The position numbers and the translations under genes are program-made. Shown one piece after another: positions 26,201 through 39,273 of a stretch of 64,000 nucleotides of DNA (position 1 is the first letter of the stretch; every line of letters starts with the position of its first letter). The notes beneath the pieces are model-generated. The model saw only the letters and a program-made list of their open reading frames with translations, was not told the origin of the DNA and did not search any database. Source of the stretch: Octopus sinensis (taxonomy: Eukaryota); NCBI RefSeq assembly GCF_006345805.1, contig NC_042999.1, forward strand, positions 129,704,001 to 129,768,000. The letters are read 5' to 3'.

Positions 26201-29200
26201 CTTCCTAAATCAGGCCACATCCTCCACCACGACACCTCAAATTTCCAGGACAACTTCCATTGCTTTGCTGCTGGCATCACACCACATGATCCTATTCTTC
26301 AATTTGGGCACATACCTGTTTCCTCTTACTGGGTCCTCCACAGTCACTCTCTCCAAGACTTTTTTCATCATGGTGGTTGTCTTTTCACCCACGTTATCAC
26401 TCCACCTCACTCCTTCAGCTCACCTCTTAATGAAGCTGCATGCTGTCCAGAGATATCCTGCAATTGGGTAATATCCCAGCAGCTTCCCAGACACAAAACA
26501 GTTCTTGCCTACTTCTCTTGGAGCCCAGTTCTGAGATCTCATTCCCTCTCCAAAACACCAATGTGCCAGCCTTGTCTCTCTGTAGCTTGAGTCCCAGTGC
26601 AGCTCCTCCTTCCATCGCCTCCGGCAGTTTGGCAGTTAGCCCAAAACTCTTTAGGTGGCTTATGACCTCCTTTGCTGACACTATGCTCTTGTCCACCAGG
26701 ATGTCATCAATATTGGAATTGGTGGCTCTTTTCACTTTGTTGGCCTTTCCCAGGATGGTTTTGAGAATCGTCGCCATAATCTTCGTTACCAAATTTAGCC
26801 CAAATCCCAACCTGGTCAGGCAGTATGTCTGTCCCTTATACCTTACTAGCTGATATCTCCACAGTCTCTCAGCCACATGCAGCTGCAGGTATGCCGACTT
26901 CAAATCGACGATTGTGGAGGCCCCTGTCATCTGCCTCCACTCTCTCAAGGTTTCACTGCAAATGTCCATTGCTTTGCTGCCCATATGGCACAATATGTGG
27001 TTATTCAGCTCTCAGAAATCCAATACAGGCCTGACTTTATACTTCGTTGGCTGCACCACTGCCATCAGTGGTAGCATTTCACTCTCCACTTCCTCCTTCC
27101 AAGGAATCAGAATACCTTCCTTGATCCACTGGTCCACCTCTCCCTCGAACTCACTTCTATCATCCCCTTTCAGGTTATGCTGGTAGCAGCCTATTGTGTT
27201 TTTCAATGTCAGAGGATCTCCCTTCTAGTGCCATTCCACTGTTCACTGCCAGCCATCAAACACTGCTTGAAAATCTTTGTCTGTGAGGGTGTGTGCAGCA
27301 TATATTTTCTTTGCAACTCACATCACTTTCCTGTCGCTGACTCACAGTGCATAGCATCCCCACATCACCAAACACTACACCAGCTTCATTGACCATGATA
27401 CTTCCCAAATGGACGATGGTATCCATCCCCATCACCACATCGATTCCGTCCACTATGCAGTCGATCACAATCACACACAACCTCGATCTTGTTCCTCATA
27501 CCACCATCTCCACATTGCTACTTCCTCTGCATTCAATTTCCATATCGTCAACAGCCCTTACACTACTCAATCCACTCCATTCTTCTACCACCTCCAGAGT
27601 CATTTGGGTTGTTGAACAGCTCGTGTCCACGAGGGCTCGTGACAACTTTCCATTCACCATGACTTCTACAACTGACAACGACTGTATATGCACCTCTATT
27701 CTTTTGATGGGACAACTAACAATGCAGTAGTCTCCCTTCCCCTGCATGCATTCACTAGTGATGTGGCCTATTTGTCTGCATCGATAGCAAATTACGCCAG
27801 GCCTGGGTTCCTTGCAGTCTTTCACCATGTGTGAACCCTGACACCGAAAACACTGCCCTTTGAAGGGTTGCACACATTCCTTGTTTGACCCCTCTCCGCT
27901 GCTCTTTGTTTGACCCCTCTCCGCTGCTCTTTGTTTGACCCCTCTCCGCTGCTCTTTGTTTGACCCCTTCTTGTTGTTGCAGTCTCTGCTAAAGGTGTCA
28001 TCCTGCAACATGAGATGATGGTTCTGGCCTGAGATATTACCTCTCCCATCGCCATGGAGTGAATATTTGGCAGCTTTTGCAGTTCGACTGACACATGGTC
28101 AGGAAATCCTGTCACAAAGGCTAACTTAACAGTTTGTTCCAACGCATCATCTCTATATCCCACAAGTCTAGCCAATCTCCTGATTTCGTTGGCAAACACA
28201 TCAACCCGTTCACCCATCCACTTCGCTTTCTCCAGTCGATCATATGCCATAAATGGCCCTTCTGTGAAAGCCTCCATCAGCCAGCCTTCTGTTTTTTCTG
28301 TGCTCAACTGGTCCTTCTCTTCCATTTCCAGGTATAGCGCCAACGCTGATCTATCAAGGTACAATGGTAGGAAACTCGCTAGGTCATCTATACCTTGAAG
28401 TCTTGCTACCAACTTAATTTTTTGCAGCCAAGTGGTGACATCTCCCTCGCCACAAAAATGGCCTAACTGTCTCATTCGAAACATGGACGATACCCATCAT
28501 TTTTTTTTTTTTGAGCCGAAATAACTTGTGATGTGAAGGAAGAAGAAGAAGATGGAAGCAAAGAGAGACTTGTGGTAGTCTTACCTGTCAGTCCGGAAAA
28601 GGGTCGCTTTCAACTTCCATGTGTTCTGTCTTGATCTGCAACATTTACTCAACGTCTATGTGTGCTATCCATCGCTGTACAGTCTAACACGTCTGCTCTG
28701 ATGTACTGTTTGCTGCCGACTCCACACACCTCGCTGACCCTGCATGCCCACCGTGGCCCTTCTGGTGGGACCCACGGGTCTCACTTCCGACAGGATATGC
28801 CTACTCCCTCACTTCCAATCCTTCCCTACAGCACAGCCTGGCTCATAACACTACAATAGTGTTATCAAAACTATGGCATATGAAGACTTAAGTGACTGTA
28901 GATGCGATCAGTTCATTCAGGTTGCTATAAAAGCTTATAACTTCAAGCCATACAAAATATAAAAGAAAATTCTTACCAGCACTGTTCACATCCTTCAATG
29001 TGCTTTCTACTCTAGGCACAAGGCCCAAAATTTTTGTAGAGGTTGGGGGCCAGTCAATTAGATTGACCCCAGTATGCAACTGGTACTAAATTTATCAAAC
29101 CCTGAAAGGATGGAAGGCAAAGTCGACCCTGGCAGGATTTGAACTTAGAACATAAAGACAGACAAAATACCACTATGCATTTCACGTGGCATGCTAATGT

Positions 29201-32200
29201 TTCTGCCAGCTCGCTGCCTTTGACTCAAAACTATATTGTAGCATGTAACCTGTTGAATGTTACATTTTTGTACCTTTACCGTGTCAAATTATTTTTTTGC
29301 AAATATAATGTATGATATTCTTGTTATAGTTTCACTTGTCCTCTGTCTCTGTACAATGGCTATAAATGAAATTATAACAAACTAGTGGGTCCTGTGAATA
29401 TTTCATGGAATTAGTGATAAACTTATTGGGTTATTTCTGAAAACTTTATCCAAAAAACCTGAAAGTATAGCCTGTGTTGTGTCTGTATCAAAAGATAGTC
29501 ACTCTTCTGCTTATCATTGAAAAGTGAAGGAAATTGGACTACAATGATTACTTTATGCACTTTTTATATACACTTTATATACCTTGTGCACAATTTTATA
29601 GACTTAATACACAACACTCTCACTCTTCCCCTTACTCTCTTTTTCTCTCTCCTTTTTCTTTCACTCTTCACCTTTCTCCATCAACTAATCATGTGAAAGT
29701 GTAATAGATGGGCTGAGTAACAGAGAAAAAAACTTAATTCAAAAAAGAGAATTACACATTTCACTCAACACCACCTCTCCCTCTCCCTCCCCATTTCTCC
29801 CATCCCTCCTCCTTCAACCGATCATGTGGAAACATTACTGAAGGGCTAAGTAATCGAGGAACAAGCAGAATTATTATAAAATGTTTCTATCTTAGGTACA
29901 AAGCCACAAATTTTGGCAGTGGGGGTATGGTTGGTTATATCAGCCTCACTAATTGACAGGTAGTTATTCTTCAACCACAGAAGAGTGTGGAAGATAATGT
30001 TAAAGGCTTAAGGCCTCACAACGATGAAGTAAATGGAATGTTGTGTTTATTTTTCCCAAGTGCATTAGCAACATAAATGATATGAAATAGTTTCAACCAG
30101 GAATAAAAATCAGGTTATGCACTTAGCTCAGATTTATTCAACAGCATAAATATAGTTGCATAGAAATACAAGTGTCTATTTTTATCCCTTTAGTATTCAA
30201 AATAATGGTTTTAAAACAGCTTTTCAAAATGAATAATTTTGCCTTTTTGTTATTGCAGTTGGTACATCTTAGAAGTCGCCTAATTGACAGTTGTTGGGAA
30301 GCATCAGTTATTTCAAAAGTAAGTTTCTAGTAGATTTCTGTATGCAAAAAAAAGTACAAAACTATTCTTTTTTTATATTTTTAAGATATATTTTTGTGCA
30401 AGGGAATACAGTTAATGTGAAGAATGCAAAATTGTTTTTATTATGTTAATAAAATGTGTATGCAGTTTTGAATGTATAACTAACATTTAATAATATGATA
30501 TTTAATATTTGAATGATATATCAAGCTAAAATTTGAGCAATATTCTACTTAATTACTAATTGTTGCTTAGAATATTTACCTACTATATGAGTGGGGATGC
30601 ATAGTTGAAGACTGAATAAGATATGCAACTAAAGACTAAAGTAAAAAACCAAACTTATGTTTATTTAAGGTTTCTGTAAAATGTATAACTAAAGTATGAA
30701 TTAGATGTGTAACTATGTAACCAAATATTGATTTGTAATGTTGACAAAAGGCTACACAGCTTCAGGAAGGTACATTCAATTAACTTGACCTTTGTACTTG
30801 ACTAGTATATAATTTTATCAAGTTTGGAAGATTGAAAGTTGATCATGGTGGAATTCAAACTGAGAATGTAAAAGGCCATAATCTAAATACAACTTGGCAT
30901 TCTATCTATCACTTTGACAATTCAGCTAATCTATCACTCTCCAGCGTAACCAAGTATTAATATGCTAAACAGCCATGCCTATGCCAATATACTTAATATG
31001 TAGGGCAGTCGTGGCCATGTGGTCAAGAATTTTGCTTCATGGCTACATGGTTTTGGGCTCAATTTCACTGCATGATGCCTTGAGTATGTATTTTCTACTA
31101 CAGTCCCAGGTTAATCAGTGCCTTGTAACTGAAATTTGGTAGACAGAAATTGTTCTGAATCTGTGTGTGTGTGTGTGTGTGTGTTAGGTCAAGCATATAT
31201 CTGTCTAATGGCCAGACTAAGCTGACAACCCCACAAGTGAGGAGGGTGTGTAAACAACCAGCAGGACCCAAAACAAAACCTGTCAAAAGGGCAGAGTCCT
31301 TTGTGGACCAACTGACACACACTGCAATTGTGTCCATCTCCACTTGTCAAGGAGTGCAGAACAACCAATCTGTTGTTTCTAGAGAAGGTTCACTTAATTA
31401 TGCTGCACACTCACTGGTTGTGATTCAGTTGTACAAGCAGGCCAAGCCTGTATCTTCTCAATTTGACCAGTGGAACATTGTCTTCTGGTTTTGTCAGTTG
31501 TTTTGTTCATAATATTATCCAGACAATGAATGTCCTAAAAGTGAAGTTTGTTCAGTGTACATTACATCCTCTATAAATATTTTCACCAGCACAGGTACCT
31601 TTTGGTTAGCTTGTCGAGTAACCAAAGCAATCTCATTTTCTTTTAGTCCACTTAAATACTGTTGGATTGATATCAGTTTTCTATTTCCAAGATTTAAAAA
31701 CTTCTTCAGACTGCAAATGGGCAGCAGTTGGAGTATTACAACTCATCTGTAAAAATGAAACACTGCCACTTTTGTTAGTTTCATCATGCAAAAGGTGTAG
31801 TATTAGCAAGAGTGGCTGTGAATCTCTGGTTCCTGCATCCTTCATTGTGGTGGTCTTGGTCATCTTTGAAAACAAAGAACAGACTACAGTCAATAAAAAA
31901 CAGAGGTTCTATCTTGATTGTAGTAACTTTACTTACTTTTAGATTTTGAGAAATATTTGTCAAAATTTAATTCTAACTATATTAACTAAAATTTAATTAT
32001 TTAATAATTTGACTATTTAATTATGCAATTATCTAATGATGCTGAAGTAGCTTTTGATGGAATTTGATACTCAACTCAAAATCTTCCCCAATATTTATCA
32101 AATTGTTTGTTTAATTAATAGCAATTACGCTAAAAATATGATGGTACTTAATCAGTGCAGTCAGTACAGTGTAGTCTAAATACTTGAATGTTTGTTTTTG

Positions 32201-35200
32201 ATCACTTTCAGTCTATGATAGACATGTTACAAACACCTTGTTACTGCAAATGAACCAAGCATTGCAGGTTTACCATAACCATAATTTTAATTCACAGAAA
32301 GTATTTCTGCAGCTTCACTTGACAAAACTGAAATCATATGATTAGCTGGAAGCTGTTTATTTTATACTGAATTATTTAAAACTAGTAAAAGTGGGTAATA
32401 GGAAGCTGGATTTTCTCATATTGATTTGTGAGTTCAAACTTTCTTCTAGCATTTTATTGTTTCTAGACCAAAAACTTTAGTTTACATTACTTAAATTCAT
32501 CTAATCACCTGGAAAACCATTTAAGAATGTTCAGTCACAGATCAACTCCTACCAGATGTGGCTCAATCTAGCATTGACTTTAGACTCTGCATCACATACT
32601 CTAGATAAAATTTCTGCTGCATACATTTGTGTGTTCATTCACCTATCAAGCCTAAAAAAAATATCCATTTAACTGATTAGTAGATATTTATTCTCCAACA
32701 TGTTTCAACCAATAGTTGCATAGTTTCCTTCGGCTGTCTCATTTTACCACTATAAAAAATTCTGCTCCTCTGATTTAGCAATCTACATATCTCAAATCAC
32801 TTAACCTTTCCTCTTCATCCTTACTGTATCACTCCTGCAAAATCACTTCAATCACTTTACTCATTCATTTCTTGCCAGATTTGAATCTCTTGGAATTCTT
32901 TTCCAGCCTGAAAATTCCTTACTGACTACAACTTGCTATTATGCAAGCTGAATGAACATAATTTTACCAGTCTACTGAGTTTTTAAAGCTTCTAGCCACT
33001 GTCCTTCCTCCTCAAAGTAAATATCCCAAAATAAACCCTGTACAGACCTTATTAATCATTTGTCAATCCCCAGTTTCCACATCGCCCACCAGATAAGGGA
33101 TCGGGGAACCCTGTGAAAGGTTTTCTCTAAATCCACAAAAGCCTTTATCTTTGGCTAGGTATTTCTCCTGCAGTTGCCATACCAGGAAAATAGTATTAGT
33201 GGTGCTTCTACCTGGCACAAAACCAAACTGCATCTCATCTAAGTAGACTCTCTCCCTAATTAGTTTGGCTATGACCCTCTCTGTGACCTTCATCATCTGA
33301 TCCAGCATTTTGATACTCTTGTAATTATTTCTATCTAAAGTATCACCTTTACCTTTGTAGCAGTTGACTATGGTGCTGCTACGTCAGTCATTTAGTATGA
33401 CGCTATCATGAACTACCTGGTTTACAATAAGGGTGACTAGGCCATAGCCCACACCACCAGATGTTTTAAGCATCTCAGCAGTGATTCCTGCGGGGCTGGA
33501 GGCTTTTCTTGGCTTCATATCTTGAATTGCTTTATCTGCCAGAATGCTTTCTATTCGGATAGCTGGTCCCTCTACTGGATCAACATTTGGCAGGCTCTCC
33601 TCCTCCCATTCATTCTCCACATTCAGCAGTCTTTCATAATGGCCCCTCCAAGCATCTTTCTTTTCAGAATTATTAAAAGCAAGTGCACCATCATCCATGC
33701 AGACACATTTCTCTCCTGTGACAACACAATTATCTCTCACACACTTTCTTGCAATCTGGAATACCTCATTTCTTTAGTCCTCACGTTGCTGGACATTGGC
33801 AAACTTCTTTTCTGCTTCACCCTAGGCTATGTATACCTGTCGCCCAGCCTCCCTCCTAGCTATCTTGTATGGTTCCCTGCTACCTCTACCCTTCCAGGCT
33901 TTCCAGGCCTCTCTCTTTGCTCTGATGGCTTTGTCTACTGTATTATTCCACCACTACGTTACTCTGGAAGGGATTTTGCACCATCTTCAGATTTGGTCTG
34001 TGGCACTCAGTAAGCTGCCCTGTAAAAATTTCCAGCTACCTTCTATGTCTGAGGACTGTAGTTCCTCCTCCCTCTCATCAAACTTCTTGATGAGTATGCC
34101 CCTAAATCTCTGACCATGTAAAGGGTTCTTTAGCTTCCAAATCCTTCTCTTTTGGAACGGCCTGCTTCTTGGCATCCTTCTGGTCTTGAGTCTAAAGTCA
34201 CTAATGACTAGTCTATGCTGGGGGGTGCATTCCTCACCTGGGAGGGTCTTTGTATTTAAGAGCAACCCTGCGCCCCGCTGTCTGATGAGGATGAAATCAA
34301 TCTGGCTAGCAGAAACCCCAGATTGATAGGCTATCAAGTAGCTGTGTGGCTTCCTGAAGTTAGTGTTGCAGATTAAAAGGTTGTATGCATCACAGAACTC
34401 TAGTAGCCTAGTTCCCTCATCATTCCGGGAACCAATATCATGGTCCCTGTGTACACCAGTGAAGATACCGGATTCCACCCAATTTGCTCATTAAAATCTC
34501 CAGCCACAAAGATGAGGTCATTGCCACTCGTCTTTGAGGTAGCCTGTAGAAAGGTATCATAAAAATGGTCCTTCAGATTATTTGGTAACCCTGCTTGTGC
34601 AGCGTAGGCAGAGATAATTGTCGTTGTGCTGTTCTACAGGTCTAGCCTGAGATTAAGCACTCTATCGCATACCCTGACAACCTCTATGATCTTATTCACC
34701 CATTTCTCCGCAAGGAGTATGCCTACACCCCATACTCCATCCATGTTACCTTGCCAGAAGACTTTATACCTATGTGCCTTGCTTGTGAGGACCCTAGCTG
34801 AAGCTCCTCTCCATCTTACCTCTTGTATGCAGCATATGTCAACCCATCTCCTTTCAAGCATCTCTACAATCTCACTAGACCTACCTTTCAATGTGCCTAC
34901 ATTGACAGTGCCAACTCTGAAAACTGGGAAGAAAAGATGGGTGGGGTGAGGTTTGCGGAGGAGAGATGTTATTCAGCACCTGAAAAGAAGAGGGAGGTTG
35001 TTGTGTTCGTTTTTTAGGCATGCTTCACCTGTTCTCACTTCCGACCTGACAACATTCAAGCATTCAGGTATGTTAAGATTGTTGCCCCTACTGGAGGTAG
35101 GAGCAGGTGTTAGCGTAAGCATAAGCATTATGGTCATCGAATAATGAAAATTTAAGTGGTGTAGCAAAATATGGATATTCAAATGTTAGATTAGGGGGGA

Positions 35201-38200
35201 GTCAGCTAAAACTGGTTGTGTTTGTCCAGGAAGAGGGGGATTGCAGGTATGATGGAAGGTACCACCAGCGGGGGAGGGTTCAGACAGAGAGAGAGGAAAC
35301 AAGCTCATCCCTATATACACACAAGCACACCTACACACTGGAACAATCACACATGGACAGCCGAATAACTTTCTGCTTCACTTGATAAGGCCAAGGAAAA
35401 TTTCTGGGTAGTTGTTGGCATGTTTCTAGATGGAACGAAAATGAAACAAAAGATAGTCTGTTAAGCAGGTGGGCAGATAACCTGGTTGCATTTGTCCCAA
35501 TAGAGAGAGAGAGAGAAAGAGAGGGAGAGAAGAAGAGAGAGTGCAGGTAATATAAGGAACAGCACCAGTGAGGAGGGGGAATTGAGAGAAGAGATATCTG
35601 GTAATGGTGGTGACAGAACTAAACGAAAGATAGCCTGTTAAGTAGGTAGGTGGGTGGGCAGCTGGGCTAGTTGCATTTGTCCCAGGAGAGAGAGAAAGAG
35701 TGCAGGTAATATATAGAGAACAGCCTAGTGAGGAGGAGGAGTTGGGAGAATAGACATCATGTAATGGTGGTGGGAAGAGAGAGAGATATCCAGTGTAGAT
35801 GGTGGGAAGATAGAGATATCCAGTATTGGTGGTGAGGATGGGAAAGGGCGGGCACACTGCGAACAAACAAAGTTTAGTTAGGGGACATAGTAAGAAGGAT
35901 GAAAATAATGGTAATAAATTAAATTAAACAGACCAAGAAACAAGTAATTATCTTAATGAAATTACACGAGAGACAAAATCAATAATTCATCTACAAAATC
36001 AAACTTTCTGTCTTCTATATTTATCATTCAAATTCATCATCAAACAATGTTCTACTAGTATTCTAAAAATATAAATATTTTATGGTTCTTTTTTTTTCTT
36101 TCAGTTGTACACAAGCCAGGCTGAAGCACTAGGTCTTGATGAATGCCATTTACATATGCGCAGTATTTATTTTGACCAAGCTAGTTACAAAGAAGATGCT
36201 GGTAGACCCCCACCCGGTTATCTTCATGCTTCTATTGATGATTCAGTTGACAGGTAATGAATTAGTTTATTAACTGATAGTAATATGCTGGAGTGGCTAA
36301 ACCAACAGAACTGGCAAAGTATGAAGCAAATTTTCAGTCTTCAGAACCTCACACTGAATGCCTTGCTGTATTAGATTCATCATTTGCACACTGAGTTCAA
36401 ATCCTACCATGGTCAACTTTGCCTTTCATCTTTTCAGCCTTGATAAAACAAGTACTAATCCAGAGCAGAAAACTGGCTGAAATATAAGAGCATTGGCCCA
36501 GATGTCTTGCAATAATTTGTTCCACTTCTTTTGCATTCTGAGTTCAAATCCTGCCATGGCCTACTTTGATGGGAATGAAATTAATGATATTCTTAAATTT
36601 AAATAAATTTAATTTAATTATAAAATTAACAAATTAGGTAATAGACTTATGGCTCATTACTAACAACATTAACTACAATAATAATAAGTGTAGTATAAAT
36701 AGCAATACTAGAGAGAGGGAACAGTGAAAAACATACTTAAGGTAACCTGATACTAAGCATTAATACTACCACTCACTATTGATCTATGTCTGCACACTGC
36801 TAAAATTCTGTGTCATTTTGTTTTTAACCACAAAGAGTTGAAAAGGTCAGGATCTAGGCATTTTTTGGAACAATGACAACACCACAATTATTTTGGATGG
36901 ACTTGTATTTTATCTGAACAATGTGGTTGAGTTCACCCTGAAGAAGTGGCAACTAACAATAAGTGCACATAATGATGCAAATTTTGCAGTGTGCCTTAGT
37001 TAATTACTGCAGAAACATCTGTAAGTGCAGAAATATAAAAAAGGAATTAAATGCTGAATAAAACTAGATATAAATCTCTGTTCTCCTTTATTATAAGTTC
37101 ATTATTTTCTCTACCAAAAACGTGCAGTCTCTATAGAGACATATAGATTTATCAATGTGAAGATAGACTGAGGTTAATAAATCAAACTAACTGGAGTTTT
37201 TATACACACACAGAGGTTAGCCATCATTAATAACAGGTAAATGTGACTACAGTACCCATTTGGATTCCATATCCCTACCAACCAAAATTTGGAAATTCAC
37301 TTTAATAACATATATATATATATATATCATCATCCTCATCATCATCATCATTGTCGTTTAACGTCCACTTTCCATGCTGACATGGGTTGGACAGTTTGAC
37401 TCAGGGCTGACAAGCCAGAAGGCTGCACCAGGCTCCAATCTAATCTGGCAGAGTTTCTACAGCTGGATGCCCTTCCTAATGCCAACCACTCTGAGAGTGT
37501 AGTGGGTGCTTTTTACACGCCACTGGCACAAGGGCCAGTAAGGTGGTACTGGCATCAACCACGCTTGAATGGTGCTTTTTATGTGCCACTGGCACAGGAC
37601 CAGTTAGGTTGTACTGGCATCGAACACACTCGAATGGTGCTTTTTACATGGCACTGGCACAAATGCCAATCAGGCGGTACTGTCATTGGTCATATATATT
37701 GTCTGAATTTTATAGTGTCAATTATCCATCACGGCTGGCCTTATCAATCGGTTTTGCGTGAAATTATATATTGGAGTGTTAGGCAACAAACCAGTTATAT
37801 AATATATGCTCATCAGAGATAGCTGACATGGAAGGGGAAAAAGCGATTGCTCTCCACTGTTGCAGGTGGAAATGAGCACAACCAGTGGGCATTTCCTGTG
37901 TAAAGGTGGTAGGATGAAAAAAGTTCCAGGCAAGTCAGTTATGAGTCAGTTAAATTTGCTGTTGAGTTGGCAAAAGGAAACTTTGAAGTGGGGAAAAGTT
38001 GTATTAAAATTGTGCCCCCGTAAATGGGCAATGCAATATGAAAAAGTTGCCTACAAGGCAGAAGTAACAGCAACAGGACCCAATGGACAATTGAGCTTGT
38101 GGAAGTACGTGGGGGCAACAGAAGGCCAATTTAGAACCCACTTTAGCAACCACAAGTCCTCTTTTAACATCCCAGAGAGACAGAACACCACAACCCTAGC

Positions 38201-39214
38201 CAAGCATGTCTGGGCTTTAAAAGAAAAGCACCACAGAATAAAGCATCAAGAGGAAGATCATAGAAAGATGCAAACCGTACTTCAACAATAGCAGGAAGTG
38301 CAGATTATGCCTGGACAAGAAGAGGGTGTTTTTAAAAGGCACCCAACGCCTGGATATTTACCTCAATAGCAGGAGTGAGGTGTTTAATCCTTGTCTACTT
38401 GAAAGAAAATACATTTTGTCATACATGCGTGACCCACCATGAATGTAACCACGGGTCCCCTGCCTTGTCGTTCAGCAATTAACCTTCCACCAAGGCCCTT
38501 GGGGGTTGGCATAAAGAGATTGACCAAGACACACACCAAAATACCCATCTACACAAATACACATACACACCCATAAGACAGACACCCCGCAGATAAACAC
38601 CCCTCACCAACCCCAGCACATACTCCCTCATGCATATACAAAACGAACCAACACACACACTATACATTACATACCATACACACTACACCTTATGCATCAC
38701 ATTATACGTCATATATTACATCACATTACACATTACACATCACACAGTAATATATAAAAAACCGCACAACTTTATCCTTTACATGCACCACGCACCCCAC
38801 TCCCACAGAGAAACCACACAATTTTAATACAACCTTTCTCCACTTCAAAATTTCCTTTTGTGAACTCAACTGCAAACTTAACCAAGGGACATAACTCGTA
38901 ACTGACTTGCCTGGAACTTTTTTTCATCCTACCACCTTTGCACAGTCGATGCCAACTGGTTGTACTCATTTCCACCTCTAATAGTGGAGAGTGGTCGCCT
39001 TTTCCCCTTCCATATCAGCTATCTCTGACGAGCATATATTATATAACTGGTTTGTTGCCTAACATTCCATTATATAATTTCATGCGAAACCGATTGATAA
39101 GACCAGCTGTGATGGATAATTAACACTATAAAAGTCAGACTATCTACCCGCTCTACTAACAGTTATATGAATACATCTTCTCCCTAACTTATGGTCTCTT
39201 AGACGACTCAAGCA

Positions 39215-39273
<59 letters not shown>

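Larger units (their letters stand above)
24280..28855 (-). mobile_element. Full-length decayed Gypsy/Ty3-type LTR retrotransposon
   Basis: Two TG...CA LTRs, perfect 5-bp TSD ATAGT (24275-24279 and 28856-28860), PPT-like AGAGGGGCG, domain order gag-PR-RT-RH-IN; multiple stops and frameshifts. Confidence 0.93.

Noticed and set aside
24401-28398. Long + strand ORFs such as 24401-24934, 25809-26471, 26102-26590 and 27347-27730
   Set aside because: Antisense shadows of Gypsy gag/pol; no recognisable motifs or splice context
31190-31940. GC-richer stretch with short ORFs (also 56600-56900)
   Set aside because: No recognisable motif, termini or splice-phase fit; probably old repeat debris
34282-34300. 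CTGATGA...GAAA hammerhead-like words
   Set aside because: No stem II or stem I pairing; lies in RTE coding sequence
34900-35880. Possible HDV-like ribozyme at the RTE 5' end
   Set aside because: Known from some RTEs, but I could not identify the nested pseudoknot by eye; needs a covariance search
37860-38014. N-terminal part of ORF 37860-38291 as real protein
   Set aside because: It is the antisense of the inverted arm; endonuclease similarity starts only near 38015
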